A stretch of DNA of 52,648 bases from Craspedostauros australis (lineage: Eukaryota). A program made the position numbers and the translations under genes. Shown here one piece after another: positions 10,780 through 22,162 of the stretch (within the stretch, counting starts at the first letter, position 1; every line of letters starts with the position of its first letter). The stretch is taken from positions 1-52,648 of the forward strand of contig JALAGF010005801.1 in assembly GCA_030167865.1 (NCBI GenBank), written 5' to 3'. Below the pieces are notes generated by a model. That model had not been told where the DNA came from. It was given only the letters and a program-made list of their open reading frames with translations, and ran no database searches.

Positions 10780-12207
10780 ATGGCTTTCAACATGGATTCC
10801 ATCGACAACACCAATACCAACAGCGATCATGATCCAGACTTCAAGACTTTCTGGAAACAACTTCATCGGAAGTGGTGGATCCTGAAGACCGTGTTCAATG
10901 TGCAGTGCCCACAAGTAGAGCAGATCTACTGCTACAGTGTCACACCCAAGCGGATGGAACACTGGGACATGGCCATCGAAGCAGGATTCACCTTCGCTGA
11001 CTTGGAATCGATGGTGGAGCGGCACAAGCACGTTGCTTTATCACCTCGCGTTCTACTGAGCGCTTCGTTTCTCCAGGGTTCCAGGCGGATGCGCATTCGA
11101 TCCCTGTATCTGGAATTTGGCACCATTGACCAATTCGAAGAAGAAGATAAGCAAGCGATTCGATTCGTACTTCGATTGGCTGCCGAACATCCACCCAAAT
11201 CTTCATTCAAGCAACGCATCCACTTGCCTCAATGCTTCGTGGAGATGAAGCAGCTCCACGATATCCCTCTTGTGACACATTGTGTGAATTTGGATTCATG
11301 TGATCTTGTTGATTGCGACAAGCTCATGTTCAACATCTCTCAAAACTCGAAATGGGTTGTGTTAAATGACTGCAAGCTCGCCAATGGGGGCGCTGATTTG
11401 TGCAGATGGCTGTCTCCAAACAATTGCAGCGTCACCCAAGTATCCTTTTTCTGCACCCGTGTCACTTGTGATAGCTTGGCAAAGCTATTCCAGTCAAACA
11501 AGCACATCAACAAGCTCAACATCAATTTCTATTTGGTCCACAGCGCCCAACACATCTACTCACAAGAAATCGATCAGATCATCAGACTCCTTTCAGATGC
11601 ATCACACCTGAAGAAGCTCAGGATTTTCGGTGTTTGGTACAGGTCATCGCGACAAGAGCAGATGAAAATGTTCGACGGATTGATATCGCTGCTGGGAAAC
11701 AAGAGCTTGTCATTTCTCAGATACTCTACCGTTAGTGCTCCTGCCATGTTTGAAGTTCCGCCTGAGGCTCTCTCGGTACAAATGGAAGCACTTCAGCAAG
11801 CCTTGGAGCAGACTACCCAACTCACCGATCTCGATATTTCTCCACATCCGCCTGACGAACATGCCCAATGGTACGATGCGCTTGTTCAACGTATCTTCCG
11901 GCGAAATCATTGCAACACGGTGAGAGCAGTGCTGGGTTCCCTTCCAACATGGTCGAGGCCACAGGCCCTGTTTGGGGAGATGCTGACGAGAACAAGCAGA
12001 CGTAGGGGTACAATGGATCCCATGAGCGAGACTTTCCATCTTCTGCTGCAGGGTAGTGACATGTTGAAACAGGCGTGGGATGACAAGAGAGCGGATCAGC
12101 TCGTCCGAGTTGATGATGCTTCTGCTTGCGATGTGGAAAAGACAGGCACATCGATGATTGATGCGATCCTGGATAGCCTTGGAGTACTCTGTTCGTCGAG
12201 TAATTAG
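10780..12207 (+). CDS. RNI-like leucine-rich-repeat protein, array copy A (475 aa; shared aacATGgat start at 10792)
   Basis: Intact single-exon ORF. LxxLxL-type strands (IRSLYLEF, INKLNINF, LKKLRIFG, LSFLRYS, LTDLDIS) alternate with amphipathic helices. Three close paralogues lie downstream. Confidence 0.88.
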   Translation: MAFNMDSIDNTNTNSDHDPDFKTFWKQLHRKWWILKTVFNVQCPQVEQIYCYSVTPKRMEHWDMAIEAGFTFADLESMVERHKHVALSPRVLLSASFLQGSRRMRIRSLYLEFGTIDQFEEEDKQAIRFVLRLAAEHPPKSSFKQRIHLPQCFVEMKQLHDIPLVTHCVNLDSCDLVDCDKLMFNISQNSKWVVLNDCKLANGGADLCRWLSPNNCSVTQVSFFCTRVTCDSLAKLFQSNKHINKLNINFYLVHSAQHIYSQEIDQIIRLLSDASHLKKLRIFGVWYRSSRQEQMKMFDGLISLLGNKSLSFLRYSTVSAPAMFEVPPEALSVQMEALQQALEQTTQLTDLDISPHPPDEHAQWYDALVQRIFRRNHCNTVRAVLGSLPTWSRPQALFGEMLTRTSRRRGTMDPMSETFHLLLQGSDMLKQAWDDKRADQLVRVDDASACDVEKTGTSMIDAILDSLGVLCSSSN

Positions 12208-12472
12208 AACAGCTCATGAAGACAGTATTGATACTCTGGTGCATGTGAGTGTGTTGTTGTGCAAGTAGGATGGAAAAGGGAGATGGTTGGTTGATTGATT
12301 GATTGATTGGGAGGTGTTCACTTGTGATTATGATTATGTCTGCGTGTTGTGGTTGGTGAGAAGTATAGAATGTTTGGATCGTACAAGTGTGGCTAGTCCA
12401 TCAACAACAAGCGAAAGCCGTCCACAGAACCTATCTGCAACACACCGCGATTTCGCACTGCTCCACACATTC

Positions 12473-13343
12473 TCATATCCTCGGAACGGCAGCATCCAGA
12501 AAGATCTTCTTCGCAACGCCCATCTTGTCCATGACGAAGAAGGAAGCATCCCGGAACTTGGCCAACAGTCCCGATGAGGCCTACAGGTATCCCAGCAGAC
12601 CAATCAGCCTTGGCCGTGATGCCCATGATGCCCATGATGTCCGTGATGGTGGACCATCGCTTGCCCTTGTATTCTATCTGCAGGATGTCTTCAAGGCTGT
12701 TCCCACCATTGGCTTGTCCATTGTACTGCATGGTATGCTGCTGAATGGCGTTGGCCAGACAGTAGGCGTCTTGGATGGCCTCTTTGGTGCCCTGTCCAAG
12801 GAACGGTGGCATGGCGTGCGCCGCATCACTGCAGACAATCAGGACGGCGAGCTTGTCTTCGCTGGTGCTTCCATTGCGGTTGCGGTTGCGATTTCTGTTG
12901 GTGACCACCATCACCTTGGTCCATCGCGCAAAGGGTTTGTGGAGGTAGATCCCCAACTCGAAGAATCGATCGGCATTGTGGATGAGTCGATCGATGATGG
13001 GCCTTGTGATGTGCGTGCGGATCTTGGCACCATCGATCTGCTGTCGCATCTGTTGCTGGATGCGTTTGGCCTCGGATGATGCCTTCCAAGCGACGTTGTT
13101 GTCGATGTTGTCGGTATTGCTGTTGTTCTCGAAACCATGCGCCAAGAAGACACCGGCGATGCCACCGTCGATCACGGCAATCTTCCGTATTGGTTAGTGA
13201 TTCTCATTCCCGTTGCTTCTGCTACTGCGACTTCTGCTGCTGCGTTGGAGCGAGGATGGCGGGGACGACGGGGATGGCAGTGAGTTCGTTGCCACCACCA
13301 TGCACGCGATGCAGATGGCACCAACCATCCTCTTTTGATGCAT
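12473..13343 (-). pseudogene. FAD-dependent monooxygenase (class A flavoprotein/FAD_binding_3-like) pseudogene, copy A'
   Basis: Leader MHQKRMVGAICIACMVVATNSLPSPSS, then an in-frame TAA (13194-13196). Rossmann motif KIAVIDGGIAG, ~870-bp internal deletion relative to copy B', GD motif SDAAHAMPPFLGQG..AIQDA. A 3' frameshift precedes the end KIFLDAAVPRI*. Confidence 0.88.
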
Positions 13344-14273
13344 CAACGATGCCAATGCTGCCATTGCTGTGATTCTTCTGATTGTGGCTGTCTCTGTGGC
13401 TGGGCGATCATTGAGCGAGGAACCAAGTCAACCAGCCGGCAGTGTTCGAAGTTTCTCTCCAGAAACAGAGAGAAGCGAGAGAGAGAGTATTGGTATCGTA
13501 CTCTGTGGATAGATACTTGATGGCAACGGTGATCATCGTTGAGCATGACAGTTGTGACGATCTGTATCAGTATTCTGTGGCGGTGTCTGCAGAAGCACCA
13601 CCATGGCCATCGTCATCGCGACAGAGTTCGCAATGATTGGTGAGGCGAGATGAGTCCTGGATACGTTTGTTGTGAATTGAAACACGAGTGGTGTCACCAT
13701 CGTCATCCTGTTGACAAAACACGAGAAATGCCTCCGATGTTCACCGAAGAAGTCGTCGTGGTGGATTCGTCACATTGTGGATCTGCTCATTGCATTCGTT
13801 CCAACACATCCAATTGCCGAAGAACTGTATCGATCGGAGTATAAGATAATAGTATCGTGGTCGACTCCCCCAAGTCCATCACAGAGGGATGTACCTACTC
13901 ACGTGACACAAACAATGGTATCACATGAAGAGGCACAACTGCACAGCGTGGCCAAGTCTGGCACCATCGAAGGTCGTATCGTGTGAGAGAGCGAGCGAGC
14001 TAGCCTGCTTCGGAACATGATGTGGCTATCCACGGTCGTACCATGCCATGGTGGAACTGCGTAAGTCCATGCAGGCGTGTTGGTTGACGACACGTTGCTT
14101 CGTGATCAATGTACAGGATCATGAAATGGATGACAGCAAACTTGAGCAGATGAGCTCATAATGGCCATCCAAGCGCAACTGATTTAAGACTGCGTGCTCT
14201 GCCTGCTCTGCTGCTGTGCAACCAACACTATCGACAGCCCCCACCATAAACAGCATCGACAACACGTAGCAAG

Positions 14274-15563
14274 ATGGCTTTCAACATGGATGCTGTCGCC
14301 AACAGTGACCATGATCAGGACTTCAAGACTTTCTGGAACAAACTCCATGGAAAAGAGCTGCCACGAAAGACCGTGTTCAATGTGCAGAGTTATCCAAGAC
14401 AATATATCGGCTGCTACAGTGTCACACCCAAGCGGATGGAACACTGGGACATGGCCATCGAAGCAGGATTCACCTTCGCTGACTTGGAATCGATGGTGAA
14501 GCGGCACAAGCACGTTGCTGTATCACCTCATGTTCTACTGAGCGATAGATGTTACAGGGTCTGTTGGCAGATGTGTATTCGATCCCTGTATCTGGAATTC
14601 GGCTGCGATGACCAATGCGGAGAAGAAGACAAGCAAGTGATTCGCTTCGTACTTCGATTGGCTGCCGAACACCCACCCGAATCTCCATTCGACGAAGGCA
14701 TCAGCTTGGCTCGACACTTCGTGAAGATGAAGCAGCTCCACGATATTCCTTTTGCGACACGTTGTGTGTATTTGTGGTCATGTGATCTTGTTGGTTGCGA
14801 CAAGCTCATGTTCAACATCTCACAAAACTCGAAATGGGTTGAGTTTCGAGAATGTAAGCTCGCCAATGGGGGAGCTGATTTGTGCAGATGGCTGTCTCCA
14901 AACAATTGCAGCATCACCGAAGTATCTTTTTTAGACACCCGGATCAGTTGCGATAGCTTGGCAAAGCTATTCCAGTCAAACAAGCGCATCAACAAGTTCA
15001 ACATCACTTTCTATGGGGACTACGGCGCCCAAGACATCTACTCGCGACAAGAAATCGATCAGATCATCAGACTCCTTTCAGATGCATCACACCTGAAGAA
15101 GCTCACGGTTTCCGGTGTTTGCGTTGGGATATCGGAGCCAGATCAGGATGCAATGTTCGACGCATTGATATCGCTCCTGGGAAACAAGACCTTGTCATCT
15201 CTCGAATACCGTCACTATGAGGATCCCGGCACGTTTGAAGTTCCGCCTGAGATCCTCTCAGCACAAATGGAAGCACTTGAGCAAGCCTTGGAGCAGAATA
15301 CCCAACTCACCTATTTCCGCATTTATCCACGTCCGCCTGATGAACATGTCCATTGGTACGATGCGCTTGTTGAACGTATCTTGCGGCGAAATCATAGCAA
15401 CAAGGTGAGAGCAGTACTGTGTTCCCTTCCAACATGGTCACGGCCACTGGCCCTGTTTGGAAAGATGCTGATGTCAAGAAGCCGGCGTTGGGGTCCAATG
15501 GGTTCCACGAATGAGACTTTCCATCTTCTGTTGCAGGGCAGTGAGACGTTGAAGCGGACATGA
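14274..15563 (+). CDS. RNI-like LRR protein, array copy B (429 aa; ends at a TGA where copies A and C have TGG)
   Basis: Open ORF collinear with copy A. The stop at 15561-15563 removes only the variable tail. Confidence 0.85.
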   Translation: MAFNMDAVANSDHDQDFKTFWNKLHGKELPRKTVFNVQSYPRQYIGCYSVTPKRMEHWDMAIEAGFTFADLESMVKRHKHVAVSPHVLLSDRCYRVCWQMCIRSLYLEFGCDDQCGEEDKQVIRFVLRLAAEHPPESPFDEGISLARHFVKMKQLHDIPFATRCVYLWSCDLVGCDKLMFNISQNSKWVEFRECKLANGGADLCRWLSPNNCSITEVSFLDTRISCDSLAKLFQSNKRINKFNITFYGDYGAQDIYSRQEIDQIIRLLSDASHLKKLTVSGVCVGISEPDQDAMFDALISLLGNKTLSSLEYRHYEDPGTFEVPPEILSAQMEALEQALEQNTQLTYFRIYPRPPDEHVHWYDALVERILRRNHSNKVRAVLCSLPTWSRPLALFGKMLMSRSRRWGPMGSTNETFHLLLQGSETLKRT

Positions 15564-15869
15564 GATGACAAGAGAGCGGGTCCGCTCGTCCAAGTTGATG
15601 ATGCTTCTGCTTGCGGTGTGGAAAAGAAAGGCACATAGATGGTTGATGCGATCCGACATAGATTTGGAATACTCTGCTCGTGGAGTAATTAGGACGTCTA
15701 ATGAAGATAGTATTGATACTCTGGTGCATGTGAGTGTGTTGTGACGAGTATGATGGAACAAGGGAGATGGCTGGGTGATTGTGATTGCGTGTTGTGGCTG
15801 GTGAGAAGTATGGAATGTCTATCAACAGCAAACGAAAGCGTCCACGGAACCTATCTGCGCCACATCACG

Positions 15870-17544
15870 ATGAAGAAGGACACATCCCAGAACTTGGCCA
15901 ATGGTCCCGATGAGGCCTCCAGGTATCCCAGCAGACCAATCAGCCTTGGCCGTGATGCCCATGATGCCCATGATGTCCGTGATGGTGGACCATCGCTTGC
16001 CCTTGTATTCTGTCTGCAGAATATCTTCGAGGCTGTTCCCGCCATTGCCTTGTTCATCGCACTGCATATGGTATTGCCGAATGGCGTTGGTCAGACAGCA
16101 GGCGTCTTGGATGACCTGATTGGTGCCCTGTCCAAGGAACGGTGGCATGGACGTGCGCCGCATCACCGCAGACAGTCAGGACGGCGGCCTTGTCTGCGCC
16201 GGTGCTTCCATTGCGATTGCGGTTGCGGGTGCCGTTGGTGGCCACCATCGCCTTGGTCCATCGCGCAAAGGGTTTGTGGTAGTAGATCCCCAACTCGAAG
16301 AATCGATCGGCCTTGTCGATGAGTCGATCGATGATGGGCCTTGTGGTGCGTGTGGGGATCTTGACATCATCAATCTGCTGTCGCATCTGTTGCTGGATGC
16401 GCTCAGCCTTGGATGATGCCTTCCAAGCGGCGTTCTCGTCATCCTTGCTGACGGCGGGCTTGGAGAAGGGCAAGGCGTTGCGGAAGATGTTGAAGCAGCA
16501 TCGGGTGGTGCCGCGCTTGATACCATTACCGCAGTTGTCAGTGAGGCAGTGAGCGCCGTTGCCAAAGTGTTGCTGCAGGACGGAATCTTGTGCAGTTTTG
16601 TTCGTTCCGTTGTCGCTACTGCCACTGTTGCTACTATCGCTGTCCTCTTTGGCGACATCCTGGATGGCGTACCGGATGCGGATTCCAGAGTACACAGCTG
16701 GCGAATTGCGTTGGTTGTCTGATGGCGACCGCTCATCGCCGTTGATGTACTGCTCGATGACGTTGTTGGCACCATTCCAGCCCTCCACCATATCGTACCA
16801 GTACGACCCATCCCTCGTTCCATCTTCAAACGCGAGATGGATGACATCTCGCTCCTCCGTCTTTTGACATTCAACATCCACCACATGCTTGTTGAGATGC
16901 ATGGGTGTCACTTCGAGCTCCTCCAACGGATTTTCCTGCAGCGCCTCCTGCAAGTCTCCCCACATGACGGAGGACGGTACGCCATGACCTCGCCTTCCTC
17001 CTGGATCAGCGCTTTCGTCGTGGTGTCGCTCCGCATCCATGATCATCTGTCTGAGATTGAAGTGCAGCAGTTGGAACTCCTTGTTGGATGAGATCCAGCT
17101 GGTGGTCTTGGACCGCACGATCGTCAACGGCAGCGCGGCATCGGCCACCGCACGTTGCAAGGACGGATAGATCTGCTTCAGCACTGCCATGCCGCTGTTG
17201 AGCTGCACACCCGCACCTGCGACGACGTCCAATTCTGGTCTCGCATCGGAGCATGTCACGTCGAAGCATGTCACATCGAAGCATGTCACATGAATGTTGT
17301 GTGCATCGTTGCCGTTGTTGTTGTCGAAGGCATGCGCCAAGGAGAGACCGGCGATGCCGCCACCGATGACTGCGATCTTCCGTATTGGTTGGTGATTCTC
17401 ATTCCCACTCCCATTGCTGCTGCTGCTTCACTTCTGCGTTGGAGCGAGGATGACGGGGACGACGGGGATGGCAGTGAGTTCGTTGCCACCACCATGCACC
17501 ATGCACGCAATGTAGATGACACCAATCATCTTCTTTTGATGCAT
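15870..17544 (-). pseudogene. FAD-dependent monooxygenase pseudogene, copy B' (most complete copy)
   Basis: KIAVIGGGIAGLSLAHA, GAGVQLNSG, degenerate DG motif (YDMVEGWNG) and GDAAH. A 1-bp insertion at 16151 shifts the frame before MPPFLGQG. The leader is disrupted by a 7-bp duplication and the C-terminus is deleted at ~15869. Confidence 0.9.
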
Positions 17545-18527
17545 CAATCACGTCGTTGGTGTCATTGTTGCCAATGCCGCCATTGCTGTGATTCTTCTGA
17601 TTGTGGCTGTCTCTGTGGTTGGGCGATCAATGAGTGAGGAACCAAGTCAACCAGCCGGCAGTGTTCGAAGTCTCTCTCCAGAAACAGAGAGAAACGAGAG
17701 AGAGAGTATTGGTATCGTACTCTGTGGATAGACGCTTGATGGCAACGGTGATCATCAGTGAGTGTTGCGGTTGTGATGATCTGTATCAGTATTCTGCAGC
17801 GATGTCTGCAGCACCACCATGGCCATCGTCATCGCGACAGAGTTCGCAATGATTGAGTGAGGCGAGATGAGTCCTGGATACGTTTGTTGTGAATTGAAAC
17901 ACGAGTGGTGTCACCATCGTCATCCTGTCGACAAAACACGAGAAACGCCTCCGATGTTCACCAAAGAAGTCATCGTGGGTGGATTCTCCACATCGTGGAT
18001 CTGCCCATCGGAGTCGTTCGATGACATCCAACTGCCGAAGAACTGTATCGATCGGAGTATAAGATAATAGTATCGTGGTTGGCTCCCCCAAGACCATCAC
18101 AGAGGGACGTAATCATGTTACACGAACTATGGTATCACATGAAGAGGCGCAACTGCACAGCGTGGCCAAGTTGGGCACCATCGAAGGTCGTATCGTGTGA
18201 GCGAGCTAGCCAGCTTCGGATCATGATGTAGCTGTCCACGGTCGTATCATACCGCACCGAACCACACCATACACAGTAGTGGAACTGCGCAAGTCCATGC
18301 AGGCGTGTCCACCGACGACACGTTGCTTCGTGATGAATGTACAGGATCATGTAATGGAGGACAGCAAACTTGAGCAGATGAGCTCATAATGGCCATCCAA
18401 GCGCAACTGATTTGAGACTGCGTGCTCTACCTGCTCTACCTGTAAGATTGAACCGTCAACAGCAGCAATCAACAGCAGCAGCAACAACAGTGACGACAGC
18501 AACGACAAGAAAAGTATAAAGCGCAAC

Positions 18528-19928
18528 ATGGATGATGTCGCCAACACCAATACCAACAGCGATCATGATCCAGACTTCAAGACTTTCTGGAAACAACTCC
18601 ATAAAAAAGGGTGGGTTGCGAAGATCGTGTTCACTCCGTGGTACCCACGAGCAGAGCAGTGCGGCTGCTTCAGTGTCACACCCAAGCGGATGGAACACTG
18701 GGACATGGCCATCGAAGCAGGATTCACCTTCGCTGACTTGGAATTTATGGTGAAAGGGCTGAACGAGTACGTTGCTTTATCACCTCATGTTCTGCTGAGC
18801 GGTTGTCCTGGCTCCGGCTACGGGCGGATGAGTATTGGATCCCTGACTCTGGACTTCGGCAGGAATGACCAATTCGGAGAAGAAGACAAGCAAGCGATTC
18901 GATTCGTACTTCGATTGGCTGCCAAACACCCATTTGAATCTTCATCCGACCAATTCATCCGCTTGGCTCAAGACTTCGTGGAGATGAAGCAGCTCCACGA
19001 TATCCCTCTTGTGACACACCGTGTGCATTTGGCTTCATGTGATCTTGTTGATTGCGACAAGCTCATGTTCAACATCTCCCAAAACTCGAAGTGGGTTAAG
19101 TTTAGTTCCTGTGAGCTCGCCAATGGGGGCGCTGATTTGTGCAGATGGCTATCTCCAAACAATTGCAGCGTCACCGAAGTATCCATTGTAAGCACCCGTA
19201 TCACTTGTGATAGCTTGGCAAAGCTATTCCAGTCAAACAAGCGCATCAACAAGTTCCACATGTATTTCTGTCAGGTCCACAGGGCCCAACACATCCAACC
19301 ACAAGAAATCAACCAGATCATGCAACTCCTTTCAGATGCATCGCACCTGAAGAGTCTCGATGTTTCTGGTATTTGGAACGTGTTATCGCGACAAGAACAA
19401 GATACATGGGTCGACATTTTGATATCGCTTCTGGGGAACAAGAGCTTGTCATCTCTCACATACTCTGCCGTTAATGTTTTCGACATGTATGGGGTTCCGC
19501 CCCAGATCTCCTCGACACAAATGGGAGCACTTCAGCAAGCCTTGGAGCAGACTACCCAACTCACCTATCTCGACGTGGATCGACGCCCGACTGACGAACA
19601 TGTCCATTGGTACGATGCGCTTGTTGAACGTATCTTGCGGCGAAATCATCGCAACAAGGTGAGAGCAGTGCTGGGTTCCCTTTCAACATGGTCGCGGCCA
19701 CTGGCCTTGTTTGGGGAGATACTGATGAGAACAAACAAACGTGGGGGTACAATGGATGTAGTGGGTACAATGGATCTAATGGGCGCAATGGATCCCACGA
19801 GCGAGACTTTTGACATTCTGCTGCAGGGCAGTGAGATGTTGAAACAGGCGTGGGATGACAACAGAGCGGATCGGCTCGTCCGAGTTGATGATGCTTCTGC
19901 TTACGATGTGGAAAAGAAAAGCACATAG
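18528..19928 (+). CDS. RNI-like LRR protein, array copy C (466 aa)
   Basis: Intact ORF collinear with A and B, with an in-frame 18-bp triplication (GTMDVV-GTMDLM-GAMDPT) at ~19745-19800. Confidence 0.88.
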   Translation: MDDVANTNTNSDHDPDFKTFWKQLHKKGWVAKIVFTPWYPRAEQCGCFSVTPKRMEHWDMAIEAGFTFADLEFMVKGLNEYVALSPHVLLSGCPGSGYGRMSIGSLTLDFGRNDQFGEEDKQAIRFVLRLAAKHPFESSSDQFIRLAQDFVEMKQLHDIPLVTHRVHLASCDLVDCDKLMFNISQNSKWVKFSSCELANGGADLCRWLSPNNCSVTEVSIVSTRITCDSLAKLFQSNKRINKFHMYFCQVHRAQHIQPQEINQIMQLLSDASHLKSLDVSGIWNVLSRQEQDTWVDILISLLGNKSLSSLTYSAVNVFDMYGVPPQISSTQMGALQQALEQTTQLTYLDVDRRPTDEHVHWYDALVERILRRNHRNKVRAVLGSLSTWSRPLALFGEILMRTNKRGGTMDVVGTMDLMGAMDPTSETFDILLQGSEMLKQAWDDNRADRLVRVDDASAYDVEKKST

Positions 19929-20237
19929 ATGGTTCATGCGATCCTGCATTGCCTTGGAGTACTCTGGTTGTAAATTAATTTGAACAGCGAATGAAGACAG
20001 TATTGATACTCTGGTGCATGTGAGTGTGTTGTTGTTCGAGTAGGATGGAAAAGGGAGATGGTTGGTTGATTGATTGCGAATATGATTGTGGTTGCGTGTT
20101 GTGGTTGGTGAGAAGTATGGAATGTCTTGATCGTACCAGTATGGCTGGTCCATCAACACCAAGCAAAAACCGTCCACAGAACCTATCTGCACCACATCAC
20201 GGTTTTACATCGCAATTTCACACCGCTCCACACATTC

Positions 20238-21128
20238 TCATATCCTCGGAACGGCAGCATCCAGAAAGATCTTCTTCGCAACCCCATCTTGTCCATGGTG
20301 AAGAAGGACACGCATCCCGAAACTTGGCCAACGGTCCCGATGAGGCCTCCAGGTATCCCAGCAGACCAGCCTTGGCCATGGTGGCCGTGATGGTCATGAT
20401 GCTCGTGGTGGTGGACCATCGCTTGTCCTTGTATTCTATCTGCAGGATGTCTTCGAGGCTGTTCCCACCATTGGCTTGTCCATTGTACTGCATGGTATGC
20501 TGCTGAATGGCGTTGGCCAGACAGTAGACGTCTTGGATGGCCTGATTGACGCCATGTCCCAGGAACTGTGGCATGGCGTGCGCCGCATCACCACAGACAG
20601 TCAGGATGGCGGCTTTATCCGCATCTACGTCTTTGCAAGTGCTTCCAGTGTAGTTGCAGTCGCGATTGCGATTTCAGTTGCGATTGCCGTTCGTGACCAC
20701 CATCACCTTGGTCCATCTCGCAAAGGGTTTGTGGAAGTAGATCCCCAACTCGAAGAAACGAATGACGCTGTCGATGAGTCGATCGATGATGGGCCTGATG
20801 GTGTGGATGTGGATCTTGACATGGTTGATCTGCTGTCGCATCTGTTGCTGGATGTGCTCGGCCTCGGATGATGCCTTCCAAGCGACGCTGTTGTCGTTGT
20901 TGCTGATGTTCTCGAAGGCATGCGCCAAGGAGAGACCGGCGATGCCACCACCAATCACGGCATTCTTCCGTATTGGTTGGTGATTCTCATTCTCACTCTC
21001 ATTGCTTCTGCTACTGCTGCTTCGCTTCTGTGGTGGAGTGAGGATGGCAGGGATGGTGATGACAGTGAGGTCGTTGCCACCACCATGCACGCAATGCAGA
21101 TGGCACCAATCCTCCTCTTTTGATGCAT
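20238..21128 (-). pseudogene. FAD-dependent monooxygenase pseudogene, copy C'
   Basis: NAVIGGGIAGLSLAHA and GDAAHAMPQFLGHG motifs are separated by a stop. The leader is out of frame, and the large internal deletion matches A'. Confidence 0.88.
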
Positions 21129-22162
21129 CAATGATGCATCAACCACGTCATTGGTGTCATGTTTGTCATTGTTGCTAATGTTGTGATTCTTCTGATTGTG
21201 GCTGCCTCTGTGGTTGGGCGATCAATCAGTGAGGAACCAAGTCAACCTGCCGGCATTGTTCGAAGTCTCTCTCCGGAAACAGAGAGGGAGAGACGGAGCA
21301 TTGGCATGCTCTGTGAATAGACACTTGATGGTGACAGTGATCATCATGTGAGCGTTGCGGTTGTGACGATCTGTGTCAGTATTCTGCAGCGGTGTCTGCA
21401 ACACCACCATGGCCATCACCGTCGTCACAGAGTTCGCAATGATTGGGTGAGGCGAGATGAGTCCTGGATACGTTTGTTGTCGATTGAAACACGAATGGAG
21501 TCATGCTCATCATCGCCATCGTCATGTTCTCGACAAAACGCGGGAAACGCCTCTGATGTCCACCGAAGAAAACATCGCGGAGGATTCGTCACATCGTGGA
21601 TCCGCCCATTACGGTCGTTCAATGACATCCAACCGCTGAAGTACATAGTATGCATTCGTATGGCATACTGGTTGACTCCCCCAAGACCATCACAGAGGGA
21701 TGTGTCTATTCATATTACACGACCGATGGTATCACATGAAGAGGCACAACTGCACAGCGTGGACAAGTTGGGCACCATCGAAGGTCGTATCGTGCGAGCG
21801 AGCGAGCGAGCTGGCCAGCTTCGGATCATGATGTGGCTGTCCACGGTTGTATCACGCCACACCATGCCACACCATACCACACCGGATACCGTGGTGGAAT
21901 TACGCAAGTCCATGAAGGTGTGTTGACTGACGACACGTTGCTTCGTGATCAATGCACAGGATCATGAAATGGAGGACAGCAAACTTGAGCAAATGAGCTC
22001 ATAATCGCCATCCAAGCGCAACTGATTTGGGACCACATACCTACTCTACATACTCTGCCTGCTCTGCCAGCTCTACTCATACGATTGTGCCACAATCAAC
22101 AATAATCAGCAACAATCGGCATCAGCCGTAACAACTGCGACGACAGTGACAACAAGAAACGG

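Noticed and set aside
16054..17340. 428-aa ORF as a functional monooxygenase
   Set aside because: It lacks an in-frame leader and ATG, the DG motif is degenerate, the frame shifts inside the GD motif and the C-terminus is deleted. It is treated as a pseudogene.
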